A stretch of DNA of 63,656 bases from Octopus bimaculoides (taxonomy: Eukaryota), in NCBI RefSeq assembly GCF_001194135.2, contig NC_068984.1, positions 142,222,027 to 142,285,682 on the forward strand. Reading direction: 5' to 3'. Shown here one piece after another: positions 1 through 14,765 of the stretch. Numbering within the stretch: the first letter of the stretch is position 1; each line of letters begins with the position of its first letter. Made by a program: the position numbers and the translations under genes. The notes beneath the pieces are model-generated. The model saw only the letters and a list, made by a program, of their open reading frames with translations, was not told the DNA's origin and ran no database searches.

Positions 1-31
<31 letters not shown>

Positions 32-77
32 TATGCATATAGACATATACAAACACATATATATATATACATACATA

Positions 78-440
78 GGTGCAGGAGTGGCTGTATGGTA
101 GGTAGCTTGCTTACCAACCACATGGTTTCGGGTTCAGTCCCACTTCGTAGTGTCTTTTACTATAGCTTCGAGCCGACCAAAGCCTTTTGAGTGGATTTCG
201 TAGACGAAAACTAAAAGAAGCCCGTCGTATATATAAATATGCTTTATGTCTGTGTCTGTCCCCACAGCATCGCTTGTGAACCAATGCTGGTCTGTTTACG
301 TCCCAGTAAACTAGCGGTTCGGCATAAGTGAACAATAGAATAAGTACTAGGCTTACAAAGAATAAGTCCTGGGGTCGATTTGTTCGACTAAAGGTGGTGC
401 TCCAGCATTGCCGCAGTCAAATGACTGAAACAAATAAAAG
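78..440 (+). mobile_element. SINE family A (tRNA-derived head, CORE-like box region, LINE-like tail), near full length
   Basis: Head GCAGGAGTGGCTGTATGGTAGGTAGCTTGCTTACCAACC, B-box GGGTTCAGTCC, (TA) linker, tail GGTGGTGCTCCAGCATTGCCGCAGTCAAATGACTGAAAC; colinear with the copy at 27407-27798. Confidence 0.9.
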
Positions 441-1179
441 AAAAGGAGAAAAAAGAATATATGTATACGCGTATGTATATATATATATATACGATTCTGA
501 TGATTGCGGTTACATTACAAATCAGGCTGAAGAGGAATGGACAATCGGTAAGATTTGTTAAATCCGAAATCGGTACCTGTTTAATAATGTTTTTTTAGGT
601 GATTTTAAATGTCTTGCCCGCTTACGTTTTGGAATGCTGCTATATTTCACGTTGAGAGCAATTTAGGTCTTAATAGACACAAGATGTGATCTATTTCTAG
701 CACATTAATTGTCCACGTTAGTGGTCAATGNNNNNNNNNNNNNNNNNNNNNNNNNNNNNNNNNNNNNNNNNNNNNNNNNNNNNNNNNNNNNNNNNNNNNN
801 NNNNNNNNNNNNNNNNNNNNNNNNNNNNNNNNNNNNNNNNNNNNNNNNNNNNNNNNNNNNNNNNNNNNNNNNNNNNNNNNNNNNNNNNNNNNNNNNNNNN
901 NNNNNNNNNNNNNNNNNNNNNNNNNNNNNNNNNNNNNNNNNNNNNNNNNNNNNNNNNNNNNNNNNNNNNNNNNNNNNNNNNNNNNNNNNNNNNNNNNNNN
1001 NNNNNNNNNNNNNNNNNNNNNNNNNNNNNNNNNNNNNNNNNNNNNNNNNNNNNNNNNNNNNNNNNNNNNNNNNNNNNNNNNNNNNNNNNNNNNNNNNNNN
1101 NNNNNNNNNNNNNNNNNNNNNNNNNNNNNNNNNNNNNNNNNNNNNNNNNNNNNNNNNNNNNNNNAAAGAGAGAGAGAGA

Positions 1180-1210
<31 letters not shown>

Positions 1211-2695
1211 GCTCCAGTGGGAAAGGAGGAAGTAAAGTTATATGCATGTGTGTTTGTGTATGTGTGAATTTATAAATACGTTTATATATATGTGTGTGTA
1301 TGTGAGTGTGTGTGTGTGTGTGTGTGTGTATGTGTTTATAAATATATCTAAATGCATATATATGTAAACACGTGCATGTCAATACACAGATTGAGTGAGA
1401 AGAGGAAGTTTAAGTCCATGAATAAAGATGGAGATAAGCAAGTGTGTTAAGATGCTGCGTATATAGATTGGTAGACAGCTATGTCGCTGTATAACTTCCC
1501 TAAATCTGATATTTTTTCTGTTTTAAATATTGAAACGGCAGCAGCTACCAATTATATGAATCCAGTAAAAAGCTAGTCGAAGACTCCGCCGCCATCTTTG
1601 ATTCCAAAGCTTTGCCAAGATGCAAGAAAAAAATTGGAAGAAAGAAATATTGTTTTCATGCTAGATGTTGAAAATAGTTTGGTGAAAGCCTTCTGGAAAA
1701 ATATCGAAATATGTCTAAGAAAAAAAAAAATTGGTGATAACATCAAAGGGAATTTAGCGGTACTCTACGAATGTGTGTGTTTGTACGTGTTTGTATATAC
1801 ATATACATACAAACATACATATATATATATACAGACACACATATATACATATATGTATACACATATTTATATATATATATAGGTATTTATGTACATGCAC
1901 GTATATATTTCTGTATTTATGTAAATATATACATAAAATTATATATAGATACATACATATACACTCGCACACGTGCAGGCATAGAATACATAATATATAT
2001 CAATATATGCAGACATACACACGTATATATATATATATATATNNNNNNNNNNNNNNNNNNNNNNNNNNNNNNNNNNNNNNNNNNNNNNNNNNNNNNNNNN
2101 NNNNNNNNNNNNNNNNNNNNNNNNNNNNNNNNNNNNNNNNNNNNNNNNNNNNNNNNNNNNNNNNNNNNNNNNNNNNNNNNNNNNNNNNNNNNNNNNNNNN
2201 NNNNNNNNNNNNNNNNNNNNNNNNNNNNNNNNNNNNNNNNNNNNNNNNNNNNNNNNNNNNNNNNNNNNNNNNNNNNNNNNNNNNNNNNNNNNNNNNNNNN
2301 NNNNNNNNNNNNNNNNNNNNNNNNNNNNNNNNNNNNNNNNNNNNNNNNNNNNNNNNNNNNNNNNNNNNNNNNNNNNNNNNNNNNNNNNNNNNNNNNNNNN
2401 NNNNNNNNNNNNNNNNNNNNNNNNNNNNNNNNNNNNNNNNNNNNNNNNNNNNNNNNNNNNNNNNNNNNNNNNNNNNNNNNNNNNNNNNNNNNNNNNNNNN
2501 NNNNNNNNNNNNNNNNNNNNNNNNNNNNNNNNNNNNNNNNNNNNNNNNNNNNNNNNNNNNNNNNNNNNNNNNNNNNNNNNNNNNNNNNNNNNNNNNNNNN
2601 NNNNNNNNNNNNNNNNNNNNNNNNNNNNNNNNNNNNNNNNNNNNNNNNNNNNNNNNNNNNNNNNNNNNNNNNNNNNNNNNNNNNNNNNNNNNNNN

Positions 2696-2749
<54 letters not shown>

Positions 2750-3312
2750 ATACACGTATACCATATATCTGACTACACACATACATTTATGCATATACAG
2801 TCACTACATGTACACGCTCATGCATGCGTGTATACATGTGTATTTCTACATGTATGTTTTTGTTGATAGCATGTGTGAGTTTTACGTAAAAAAGCGTATA
2901 TAATGTAGCACGTATATATATACATACATCAATACATGCATACATACATTCACATACATAGATACATACATACATACATTCATAAATACATATATATATG
3001 CATACATACATACATGTGTATGTATGTATGTATATATATATATATATTTATATATTTAAAAATATATATTAATACATATACATACACATATTTATATGCA
3101 TATATAAATTCATACATATGTATATATAAAAAAATAAGCTTAAGGACTCTGCACACACACAAGCACATATATACTCACACACACACGCACACACATATTT
3201 ACAAAACCAAGATGAATATATACATATATACATACATATATATATATGTATTTACACACTTATATTTATATGCATATATACATTCACATATATATATATA
3301 TANNNNNNNNNN

Positions 3313-3354
<42 letters not shown>

Positions 3355-4532
3355 TATGCTTAAGGTCCATGCACACACAGACACGCACACACACAGAGTC
3401 AAACTGACACTCACGTACATATATAGTTACACGCATACAATCATATATACATACATACGAGTGTATAGCTGATGTTTGTGTAAGCGGATGTGAGTTTAGC
3501 GTAAACAGGCGCATATGTCAACATGTGTACACATACATATAAACACGCTTATATACTCACATACATACAAATACACAAACACTCTCACACCCATATTCAT
3601 ATACATATACATATACATATATGTATGTATGTGTACACACAGATACGCACATACATAAAGTGAAATCTTAGATTTGAAAGATTTAACCATTAATCTTCAG
3701 TTAGACATTTAACTGTATATTATTTATTAAGTCCTCAATAATTTATACATATCTATGTATGTGTATATGTATANNNNNNNNNNNNNNNNNNNNNNNNNNN
3801 NNNNNNNNNNNNNNNNNNNNNNNNNNNNNNNNNNNNNNNNNNNNNNNNNNNNNNNNNNNNNNNNNNNNNNNNNNNNNNNNNNNNNNNNNNNNNNNNNNNN
3901 NNNNNNNNNNNNNNNNNNNNNNNNNNNNNNNNNNNNNNNNNNNNNNNNNNNNNNNNNNNNNNNNNNNNNNNNNNNNNNNNNNNNNNNNNNNNNNNNNNNN
4001 NNNNNNNNNNNNNNNNNNNNNNNNNNNNNNNNNNNNNNNNNNNNNNNNNNNNNNNNNNNNNNNNNNNNNNNNNNNNNNNNNNNNNNNNNNNNNNNNNNNN
4101 NNNNNNNNNNNNNNNNNNNNNNNNNNNNNNNNNNNNNNNNNNNNNNNNNNNNNNNNNNNNNNNNNNNNNNNNNNNNNNNNNNNNNNNNNNNNNNNNNNNN
4201 NNNNNNNNNNNNNNNNNNNNNNNNNNNNNNNNNNNNNNNNNNNNNNNNNNNNNNNNNNNNNNNNNNNNNNNNNNNNNNNNNNNNNNNNNNNNNNNNNNNN
4301 NNNNNNNNNNNNNNNNNNNNNNNNNNNNNNNNNNNNNNNNNNNNNNNNNNNNNNNNNNNNNNNNNNNNNNNNNNNNNNNNNNNNNNNNNNNNNNNNNNNN
4401 NNNNNNNNNNNNNNNNNNNNNNNNNNNNNNNNNNNNNNNNNNNNNNNNNNNNNNNNNNNNNNNNNNNNNNNNNNNNNNNNNNNNNNNNNNNNNNNNNNNN
4501 NNNNNNNNNNNNNNNNNNNNNNNNNNNNNNNN

Positions 4533-4574
<42 letters not shown>

Positions 4575-4649
4575 AAGAAATGGTGGAATTAACAGTGAGA
4601 AGTGGATCATTGGTGTTTTTAAAGTTATTATTTAATTAAGATGAGAGTA

Positions 4650-5880
4650 CGTTTACAGCTGTTTCTGTATGTCAAGCTGGGGTAAATTTGCATTTACCTC
4701 GTTATAATTGATAGACATCTTTATAACGGTTATATGTCAAAAGATAAATAGAAGGGAAATAGAAAAGCAAATATAAATAAAGGAAAGGAAAAATGAAAGG
4801 AAATGTTCGTTAATTCAATAGTCTTACATTTTAGTGACTTCTATAATTCATTGTACCGGTTGGAGGATAGAAGAGAAGAGAGTTTGTTAGATCTGTGGTC
4901 TTATAATGAGTTTGTTTCATAATTCCATGTGCCTGTAGGTTCTAGTATCCGGTGCCCATGGCTAGTTGACCGCTGGTGTAAGCCGAGGGAGTTATAGCTA
5001 TTGGGGATGTCCGGTGTAGTTATTTGGACATATGTGACGCTAATTTATAATTTGTTACTTAAAGGAATAATAGAAAGGGTTGAAGAGTGCATAGAAAAAC
5101 AAAATAGATCGCCAAGGAAATTAAAGCATGTAAAAGGAGTCGGTAGTCTAGCTATCAAGTGAAATTAAGTTATAGGAAAATAGTGCACTAGCGTAGTACG
5201 TAAAATCAGTATGACGTTCAGTAATTAGTTATAATGTGGAGTGAAGATGGGTGGTGCTAAGTGGTACGTGGGAAGGTTAAGGGGATGTTATAAGAGGTTA
5301 AGCAGGTTCGTTAATAACCCGTAAAATAGGGATTAGCCATATTTAAAGGATCAATAGGTTTAGCGATATTTTGAGAATACGAATCGGCCTTTATGCAAAC
5401 ACAAATTATTTTATTAAGTAGTTGTGATCTGGCCAATATGATAAAGAATTTCTCATTTACACAGAGATCACAACGATTATTGTTAATGTTATATGAGGAA
5501 GTTTTTGCTAGGATACGCCATTCTAAAGTATAATTATTATTTTTGTCTTTCAATTCCCAAATGTAACTACTAAGTTCGGTAGAGTTCGCTATACTTCTGT
5601 TTCTGAAACTTCATCAGTGGGAATTATATCTAAGTATCATTTCATTTTTAGTTGCCCCTATATAAGATTTCTTGTTATTATTTGTGAGTACATCGCATTG
5701 GTAGATTACGTTTTTAGTTTTACAAATATTGGAGAATTCACAATTGTTTTTATCTCTACAGCCACATGAATTATTAAGCTTATCTGTGCGCATGTTGTGT
5801 TAAGGGTTTTATTATCTATAAAGTAGTTGTCCGCGTTATTTGAGGGCAGGTTATTAGGGATGACGTTTATTATATCTAAG
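4650..5880 (-). mobile_element. Penelope-like element 3' remnant (GIY-YIG endonuclease pseudogene plus downstream non-coding region)
   Basis: Minus-strand translation across frameshifts/stops: NNSCGCRDKNNC...KNVIYQCDV...KSYIGATK...RYNSH**SFRN...TELSSYIWELKDKNNNYTLEWRILAKTSSY...RCDLCVNEKFFII, i.e. IY...YIG motif and PLE-type C-terminus. Confidence 0.85.
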
Positions 5881-6029
5881 ATCATCTGGGCCTTCAGTAA
5901 TGGTTCCAACATTCATTCTGTGTCCAAGAGAATTCTGAAAAAGTTTGAGAAAGAGGTAATAGTAGAAACGAAAACCGTTCTGGCTTCACCTTTTCACGAG
6001 AGAGCCAAAAATATCATTTTCATGTGTCA

Positions 6030-6540
6030 AAACCGACCTGTGACGGAAAGAAAATACCATTGATCACGTTTAAGAGGGCTGTGAGACTGACAGGAATTTG
6101 CTTTGTTCACGTTTTGAAAGATGTATAGACCTGAATTATTTTTGAATATCCTGAGGTAAGAGACGAGGGAAACTCCAACAAGATTTCTAAGAACTTCAAG
6201 TTTACATTCTAGCCAGATGGAGCTCCTTGTTACACAAGTGCAGTGGCTCAAAAATTTCCCAGGGTTGAGTCTGGGAACAGGTTTGGTGATAAGGACACTT
6301 GGTCCCCTTCATCACCTGATTTGAACCCTTTAGACTTCAGCATCCGGAATGAACTGGTCAGAAAAGATTGTGAGGAGCCCCACAATAACCTGCAAACCCT
6401 CAAAAGCCCATCCGTAAGATGTAGGAGTAATGATGTAGGAGATATTGATGTAGGAGATATTGATGACGAATTCATTAAGAAAGCGCTGTAGTGCAGTCGG
6501 AAAGAAGGTTGAGAAAATAATTGCGAAAAGAGGAGCAAGT
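6030..6540 (+). mobile_element. Tc1/mariner-superfamily (maT-like) transposase remnant
   Basis: Broken frames give DGKKIPLITF, PDGAPCYTS and WSPSSPDLNPLDFSI (WPPxSPDLNPLD motif of the DDD/E domain). Confidence 0.85.
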
Positions 6541-6877
6541 CTTGGTGCCGAGCAAGTAGAATTTCGGCCAGAATTGTTTCTGGTATTGTGAAATAAAACT
6601 TTAAGCTTCCATTCGAATTTTAATCCAATCCTTTATGAGCTCTCAATCCTGAGCTATGGTTAATTATTTATGAAAATGTCATTTTTATACATGATCAAAC
6701 TCATTACGATTCTTTTGGTAAGCTTGGAGAGTAATCATCATTTTTTCTTAATCAAAGTAGAGTCCAGTAGTATTGGAAAAACCTCTGATAACTCCATTAT
6801 GTTATCTTTAAGCATTCCCGAGACACAAAGTTTCGAAGATGAATCTAAGAGTTGGACAATTTCACTGATACACCTGG

Positions 6878-6925
<48 letters not shown>

Positions 6926-7069
6926 GATATTTATATGCATATTCATATGAAGACATACATACACACGTACGTACATGTACACATACATATGAATAGGTGT
7001 GTGTGTGCAGAATGAATAGTGTTTTGATAATTGAAGTCACGTCCGACGAAATCGATTGTTCATTTTGTT

Positions 7070-7105
<36 letters not shown>

Positions 7106-7110
7106 ATATA

Positions 7111-7172
<62 letters not shown>

Positions 7173-7679
7173 NNNNNNNNNNNNNNNNNNNNNNNNNNNN
7201 NNNNNNNNNNNNNNNNNNNNNNNNNNNNNNNNNNNNNNNNNNNNNNNNNNNNNNNNNNNNNNNNNNNNNNNNNNNNNNNNNNNNNNNNNNNNNNNNNNNN
7301 NNNNNNNNNNNNNNNNNNNNNNNNNNNNNNNNNNNNNNNNNNNNNNNNNNNNNNNNNNNNNNNNNNNNNNNNNNNNNNNNNNNNNNNNNNNNNNNNNNNN
7401 NNNNNNNNNNNNNNNNNNNNNNNNNNNNNNNNNNNNNNNNNNNNNNNNNNNNNNNNNNNNNNNNNNNNNNNNNNNNNNNNNNNNNNNNNNNNNNNNNNNN
7501 NNNNNNNNNNNNNNNNNNNNNNNNNNNNNNNNNNNNNNNNNNNNNNNNNNNNNNNNNNNNNNNNNNNNNNNNNNNNNNNNNNNNNNNNNNNNNNNNNNNN
7601 NNNNNNNNNNNNNNNNNNNNNNNNNNNNNNNNNNNNNNNNNNNNNNNNNNNNNNNNNNNNNNNNNNNNNNNNNNNNNNN

Positions 7680-7710
<31 letters not shown>

Positions 7711-8044
7711 CTATATACATACACACATATTATAGTCACACGATATGATTTTGTTTTTACAGTTTAATACTGGAAGAATTTTACATCCAAAATGACAAAT
7801 ATAAAAGCGCTCATTTTCTTTGCTTGACTGTCACCGGAATTTCTAACTTAAATTTAAACCTTTCATAAACACTCTATCGTTACTTCTGAAACTTATCTAA
7901 AAGAAAGATATCAGTCACTCGTTTGATTTGTTTGAGGCTTCTGGAGTGTTTCTGCACGCTATATCGTGCCACATATACAACAATTTCTTAATACACCGCA
8001 GTAATTTAACACTAAAATTATTTAGTTATCATGTTATTCCACCA

Positions 8045-9000
8045 TATTGACATAAGCCTAAAGAAATATCATGACCGAAACTGTAACGAGGAGCAGGCAG
8101 TAGTGTTGCTGCAGAATCATTCGGTCTTGTGCTGCTGATTTCAACAACCATAATTAATTCACTCGACGATTTAAAAATACCACGCATTATTCTAAATGAG
8201 TTGAACGTTTTAACGAAACAAGAACACACAACAAAATCATGAAAAATACGGCCAAAAAGGCTAATTAGTTTTGTGATTGTTATGCCACGGTGCCACTTGC
8301 CTCTCATCTCAGCCATTATCCCACAAAATGCGGTGAATTTATTTTAATAATTTCAAAGAAAAGAAGCTGTGAAATGCAGTGAAACGTTTGTTACCTCTCG
8401 TGGTGGCTTTGAAATGTTCGAAAAGCGATCTGGTATTCATGGTATTCAATTAACAGAGTAATCAGCAAGGATCCATTTCCAGGCTGTCTCAGGATTTACT
8501 GCTAAATTGAAGCGTATTATAGGAAGAAGCAAATATCCGCCAAAATTAGTTTTTCAAACAGGCGAAGGGTTACCGTCTTTGAAATATTTACTCCACAAAG
8601 AATTTCATCGAAAAATAGATTTCAAAATGATACGAGGTTATAAATGCAAGGTTTCTGGAGAATTTGAACATTGCATGTTTTTCAATCTCACGCTGCAAGG
8701 ACAAGAAAAGAATCCTAAAAATCTACTCTTATCGCTATATGATATCTAAATGAAAAGCTTTGGTAGGTGATGAACGATTTCAGTGGTTCCTTGAGCATTT
8801 TCCTGCGGCCAAATGCTGCTGGGAGAAGAATAATTTCAAATGTAAAATAAGAAATCCAATTTTGGAATGTTCATGATCGCCCCTTCAGACCTCACTTCAC
8901 TCTAAACCTGTTGAAGTCCTGTTCATTCTATTATTTGCTGTTTTAATTCAGTCAGCTGATTACAACGAATGATGTTATATTTAAGCCTATCAAAAAGTTC
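8045..9000 (+). mobile_element. pogo/Tigger-type transposase remnant
   Basis: Fragments AESFGL..STTIIN, FVTSRGGFEMFEKRSGIHGIQLTE*SA, KYPPKLVFQTGE and FQWFLEHFPAAK resemble the CENP-B HTH and DDE_1 regions of Tigger (FxASRGWFEKFKKR, YxPQQVFNxDET); many stops and frameshifts. Confidence 0.75.
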
Positions 9001-9488
9001 TCAATAAATTATGTAACGATTCCAGCGTCTATTCCACACTTCAAACATACTGTGGGAATCTTCTGCTTGAAGGACATCCATTGCTGTATATATATATATA
9101 TATATATATATATNNNNNNNNNNNNNNNNNNNNNNNNNNNNNNNNNNNNNNNNNNNNNNNNNNNNNNNNNNNNNNNNNNNNNNNNNNNNNNNNNNNNNNN
9201 NNNNNNNNNNNNNNNNNNNNNNNNNNNNNNNNNNNNNNNNNNNNNNNNNNNNNNNNNNNNNNNNNNNNNNNNNNNNNNNNNNNNNNNNNNNNNNNNNNNN
9301 NNNNNNNNNNNNNNNNNNNNNNNNNNNNNNNNNNNNNNNNNNNNNNNNNNNNNNNNNNNNNNNNNNNNNNNNNNNNNNNNNNNNNNNNNNNNNNNNNNNN
9401 NNNNNNNNNNNCATATATATATATACATATATATACAGACACATATATATATACATATATATATATATACAGATATATATATATACAT

Positions 9489-9519
<31 letters not shown>

Positions 9520-10083
9520 CATATATATACAGACACATATATATATACATATATATATATATATGTATGTTTGTGTGTATATATATATATGTATATATGA
9601 TGTGTATGTATGCATGTACATACAACAAAAGCACGGTAAATACGCTGTTCTTCATATAAGCTTAGATGTATATAGTTACATATAAGGTGGTATTTGTATG
9701 TATATATATATGTATATGAAGGAATATTTTTATGTGTATATTCCAGCGTGTATACTTTCGTGTTGTACTATTCCGTTCTCGTATATTTTTGATTATTTTT
9801 GTGTTACCATTTGTTTTTATCATTTTTTTTTCTCATTCAGTTACAAATTTTCTGCATTCTTGCGTTATTACTAATAAACGATATTTCAAAATTGTTATTT
9901 TCCTTCATCAAAGCCCGACTTTGCCTTATACCTAAGCCACATTCAGAGTATTGGCCTTATATATTTGCCTTATAATGGTGCCTATCATTACGTGATAAAC
10001 ATGGAGCCACCGAAATCAGAGTAACTACAATCGATAATTTCTGTATCGTATAAGAAATACAACAGCTCTTGTAAATTTTCCTC

Positions 10084-10288
10084 ATGGCGAGTTGGCAGAA
10101 TCATTACCGTGCCGGAAAAAAAAACTCAGCAGCGTTTGTTCCCATTTACGTTCAAATACCACCGAGGTTGACTTTGCTTTTCATCCTTTCGTAGGTCGAT
10201 AAAATAAAGTACCAGTTGAACAATAGGGTCGATGTCATTGAGAGTCTATCCCCTCGGAAACGCTGATCTTCAGCCAAAATTTCAAAGC
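10084..10288 (+). mobile_element. SINE family B, diverged
   Basis: GGCGAGTTGGCAGAATC head and GAGGTTGACTTTGCTTTTCATCCTTTCG..GTCGATAAAATAAAGTACCAGTTG central box. Confidence 0.8.
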
Positions 10289-10526
10289 GAATATTTCTAA
10301 CTCAATCGAATACACATACATACATCCACGGACATACATATACACATCCTAGTGCATACAAAAATATATACATACGCACACATATACACAAGTTTATTCA
10401 CTGAGATCCCAACTAACACATACACGAACTAACCCGAAACACGGTTCTCATCCGTATACACACGTATTTATGTGTGCATTAAATATATATATGTATATAT
10501 ATATATATATATATTTTTTCATTTTC

Positions 10527-10562
<36 letters not shown>

Positions 10563-10602
10563 TTTTTTTCTGTAGTTTCAGCTCAGAGCTGCGGCCATGC
10601 TG
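10563..10602 (-). mobile_element. Isolated 3' terminus of the CR1-like LINE
   Basis: Reverse complement CAGCATGGCCGCAGCTCTGAGCTGAAACT plus A-rich tail matches the LINE end at 17701-17741. Confidence 0.65.
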
Positions 10603-10702
10603 ATTCACATACGTACACATTTTTCTCTCTGTATACATACACAAACATACGCAGATACACATGTTATATATGCGTGTGTGTGTGAGTAAGCTTGTATACA
10701 TA

Positions 10703-10793
<91 letters not shown>

Positions 10794-11220
10794 TGTGCAC
10801 ATAAACATACGTACATAAATATTGAGAGGCATTTAATATTCAGAGACGCATAGAAACGCTCATACACACACGCACATATAGATATATGTAGTTATATATT
10901 TTTATACGTACCCATGTATTGACAACATGAACACATAGGTAAAATGCAAACAAAGGATTCTAGGAGGAGGATATTCTAGAAGGAAGCGAATATTGGACGA
11001 GATAATGAGCCATGATGCATTGAAGTAGACAGAATTTTGGCGAAGTCTCCTGCAGAGCAAGCAGTGAAATTGCGATACCAATGGGGACTCTGACAAAACA
11101 TCCGTACGACACATATTGCATTCTTGCAGGGTTGCCTTGGAAACGAAGGCAGTTCCTGAAAGGAATACCAGTCTACCTTGTCTGCTGTGAACTTTGATCC
11201 TCATATTTTATTTCTTTCAC

Positions 11221-11257
<37 letters not shown>

Positions 11258-11645
11258 TGAAGTATGCTTCAATATATGTGTGTGTGTGTGTGTGTGTGTA
11301 TTGAAGTATGCTTCAATATATGTGTATTTATGTGTTGTGCACGTATATGTAGTTATGAATGTATGTATGAGTGTATGACTGTATGGATGTAGCTAAATAA
11401 GCAAACGCACAGAAACTCAATCACAAAGAAAAGGGAGAACAAAGAGGAAATGAAATATTAGCATATATGCAAATGTATAAACAATAATACATTCATATAT
11501 ACAAACATATATATATGTATGTACGCATATATTAATATGCACATGAATATACATATAAATATACATACATATATATATTATATATACATATATATATATA
11601 TACATTTATGTATATGTATATATATATACATATATACAAACATGC

Positions 11646-11679
<34 letters not shown>

Positions 11680-11816
11680 TCCCATATATATATATACATA
11701 TATATATACATTCATAAATATATATACATACGTATATATGCATATATATGCATATAGGTACGAATATTCATATAGGCATTCTTACATATATGTATATATA
11801 TGTATATATACATATA

Positions 11817-11857
<41 letters not shown>

Positions 11858-12563
11858 NNNNNNNNNNNNNNNNNNNNNNNNNNNNNNNNNNNNNNNNNNN
11901 NNNNNNNNNNNNNNNNNNNNNNNNNNNNNNNNNNNNNNNNNNNNNNNNNNNNNNNNNNNNNNNNNNNNNNNNNNNNNNNNNNNNNNNNNNNNNNNNNNNN
12001 NNNNNNNNNNNNNNNNNNNNNNNNNNNNNNNNNNNNNNNNNNNNNNNNNNNNNNNNNNNNNNNNNNNNNNNNNNNNNNNNNNNNNNNNNNNNNNNNNNNN
12101 NNNNNNNNNNNNNNNNNNNNNNNNNNNNNNNNNNNNNNNNNNNNNNNNNNNNNNNNNNNNNNNNNNNNNNNNNNNNNNNNNNNNNNNNNNNNNNNNNNNN
12201 NNNNNNNNNNNNNNNNNNNNNNNNNNNNNNNNNNNNNNNNNNNNNNNNNNNNNNNNNNNNNNNNNNNNNNNNNNNNNNNNNNNNNNNNNNNNNNNNNNNN
12301 NNNNNNNNNNNNNNNNNNNNNNNNNNNNNNNNNNNNNNNNNNNNNNNNNNNNNNNNNNNNNNNNNNNNNNNNNNNNNNNNNNNNNNNNNNNNNNNNNNNN
12401 NNNNNNNNNNNNNNNNNNNNNNNNNNNNNNNNNNNNNNNNNNNNNNNNNNNNNNNNNNNNNNNNNNNNNNNNNNNNNNNNNNNNNNNNNNNNNNNNNNNN
12501 NNNNNNNNNNNNNNNNNNNNNNNNNNNNNNNNNNNNNNNNNNNNNNNNNNNNNNNNNNNNNNN

Positions 12564-12597
<34 letters not shown>

Positions 12598-12901
12598 CGA
12601 ATACTGCAAACATCGAAACAAATCGAATAAGGTTTTGTAATTCTTTAAAGTTGGGCAAATGCAGATGAGGGGGTGAGAGGGGTGGGTGAGGTGATGCAGC
12701 AGTAGAGTGGAGAAGAGGGGGGTAGAGAGAGAGAGAGAGTGGGGAGGGGGGAAATAAGTGCCAAGACACAACCGAATATTCTTCAAAAGCACTGGAAAAC
12801 GAAGAATATAAGACAAAGGGGGAAGTTATCTCTATTCCACTCTACCCACCACTCCAATGACTTCGCAAAGAAAGGAAATAAAATATATATTGTATTATAC
12901 A

Positions 12902-12932
<31 letters not shown>

Positions 12933-14161
12933 TCGTACATGCATACGTACACATATGCATATGTATATATGCGTATTATATGTATATGTGTGTGTATATA
13001 CGTATGTATGTATGTATGTATGTATGTATGCATTAAATCAGAGAAATGTATATTGATAGAAATATATATAATGTTGGGAAGCTAGGAAACGGTGAGACGC
13101 GAGGGACGGTTGGGGGGAGACAATAGTTGAGTGATATATATGTATTATATATATATATATATACACACATAAACAAGTATATTTAGAAACATACACATAT
13201 ATATATATATGTATATAATCATATTCATATACGTGCCTATACTTGTCTATAATCATATTATATATATNNNNNNNNNNNNNNNNNNNNNNNNNNNNNNNNN
13301 NNNNNNNNNNNNNNNNNNNNNNNNNNNNNNNNNNNNNNNNNNNNNNNNNNNNNNNNNNNNNNNNNNNNNNNNNNNNNNNNNNNNNNNNNNNNNNNNNNNN
13401 NNNNNNNNNNNNNNNNNNNNNNNNNNNNNNNNNNNNNNNNNNNNNNNNNNTATATACATACATAAATACATGCATATACACACACATTCGCTTGCACGCA
13501 ATACATGAACACACCTGCAAATTGAGTTCTACATATGTTTGTTGAATGTATGTATATATTTATATATATATATGTGGTTGAGTGTATGTATACGTGTGCA
13601 TGCGCATGTATGTGCATGTGTGTATGTGTGTGTGTACCTAACTAAATAAAGACGGAAAGAAAGAAATGAAGAAAGAAATGAAGAAAGAAAGAAGGAAAGG
13701 GGGAGTTGGAGAGAAATGTATCAAAAAAGACATTTCTTATTGTGTCTTGCGTATCTCATTATTAGACATTCTACAATAAGAGTTGTTACGTCTTGCGGAG
13801 TCGTTTCTGATTAAAACAATAAAGAATAGTCTTTGAAACCGTTGTTGTCTCTCATTTGCGATCTATAATTTTTATAGTCAGACATAAACAATTAATAAAT
13901 GAAAAACAAACACGAATTTATTCCTCTCTTTGTTCATGTCACACGATCTGAGTACAGAGAAGTTCGCATATTATAATCGCATAATGCTATCAAACCGTTA
14001 CGGATATGAAATTTAGTGAGTTCGAAGGGCATCGAGCTGTTAGAACCGTTATGTACCTCGGACAAAAGGATTTACGAATTTCTTCTGGCATTTTACGTAC
14101 TGATTTCAACTACCAACGAGGCCAATTTTGCGTAGATGTGAATATTGCAGTAGAGGGGTAA

Positions 14162-14765
14162 CTACTGTAAGGCTGCTTTGTAGACGACATTTTAAATTTC
14201 TCCTTCAGGTGCATAGATGAATAAATTATCTGGATGGCCAACTCTGGAACAACCAACGAAAAACTGTTCATGTGTAAAGCATGACGTTCGAAGGTTCAAT
14301 CCGACAACTTTCAGCGATTGACCATATGTTTTGTTAATTGTCATGGTGAAGCTGAATTTGAGAGGGAACTGAAGACTCCCCTTAGGGTAGGGACAGTTTA
14401 TTGGGGGGATAGCGGAATATTCGGAATAAAAACGGTGTCGTTTTTGCCGTATCTCGTGATCATTTGGGCTTCAATGACGTGGTCCATAATTCTTTTTTTA
14501 CCACAAGGCGAGTTCCTTTGCATAGTGTGGGTGCGTTTAGATTAAATAGGTGGATGACAGGGTAACCGACTTTTAAGTTCATGGGGAGGGAGTCCCGGAA
14601 TATGTTGGGAGTTGAGAAATTCTGTTGGAAGGTGTGTATCCTGATCGAGGTCGGTAACGGTGTCGACGGACCTGTAGCAACATTCTAGAGAAGGTAGTTT
14701 TCTGAGTAAGCCGTAGTTAAGTGTAGTGACAGCTGCGTTTGTAGGTGCAAGAACAGCCCTGCATT
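14162..14765 (-). mobile_element. Helitron PIF1-like helicase C-terminal remnant
   Basis: Minus-strand frames: CRAVLAPTN, PTEFLNS..PGLPPHELK, LCKGTRLVV, VFIPNIPL, LQFPLKFSFTMTINKTYGQSL, GCSRVG, NVVYKAAL*; frameshifted. Confidence 0.9.

Noticed and set aside
1588-1598. Canonical YY1 motif (reverse complement AAGATGGCGGC)
   Set aside because: It is an isolated motif without other promoter features; insufficient support.
5599-5617. CTGATGA..GAAAC hammerhead-like words on the minus strand
   Set aside because: No stem II or stem I can form, and the words sit inside the GIY-YIG coding remnant.
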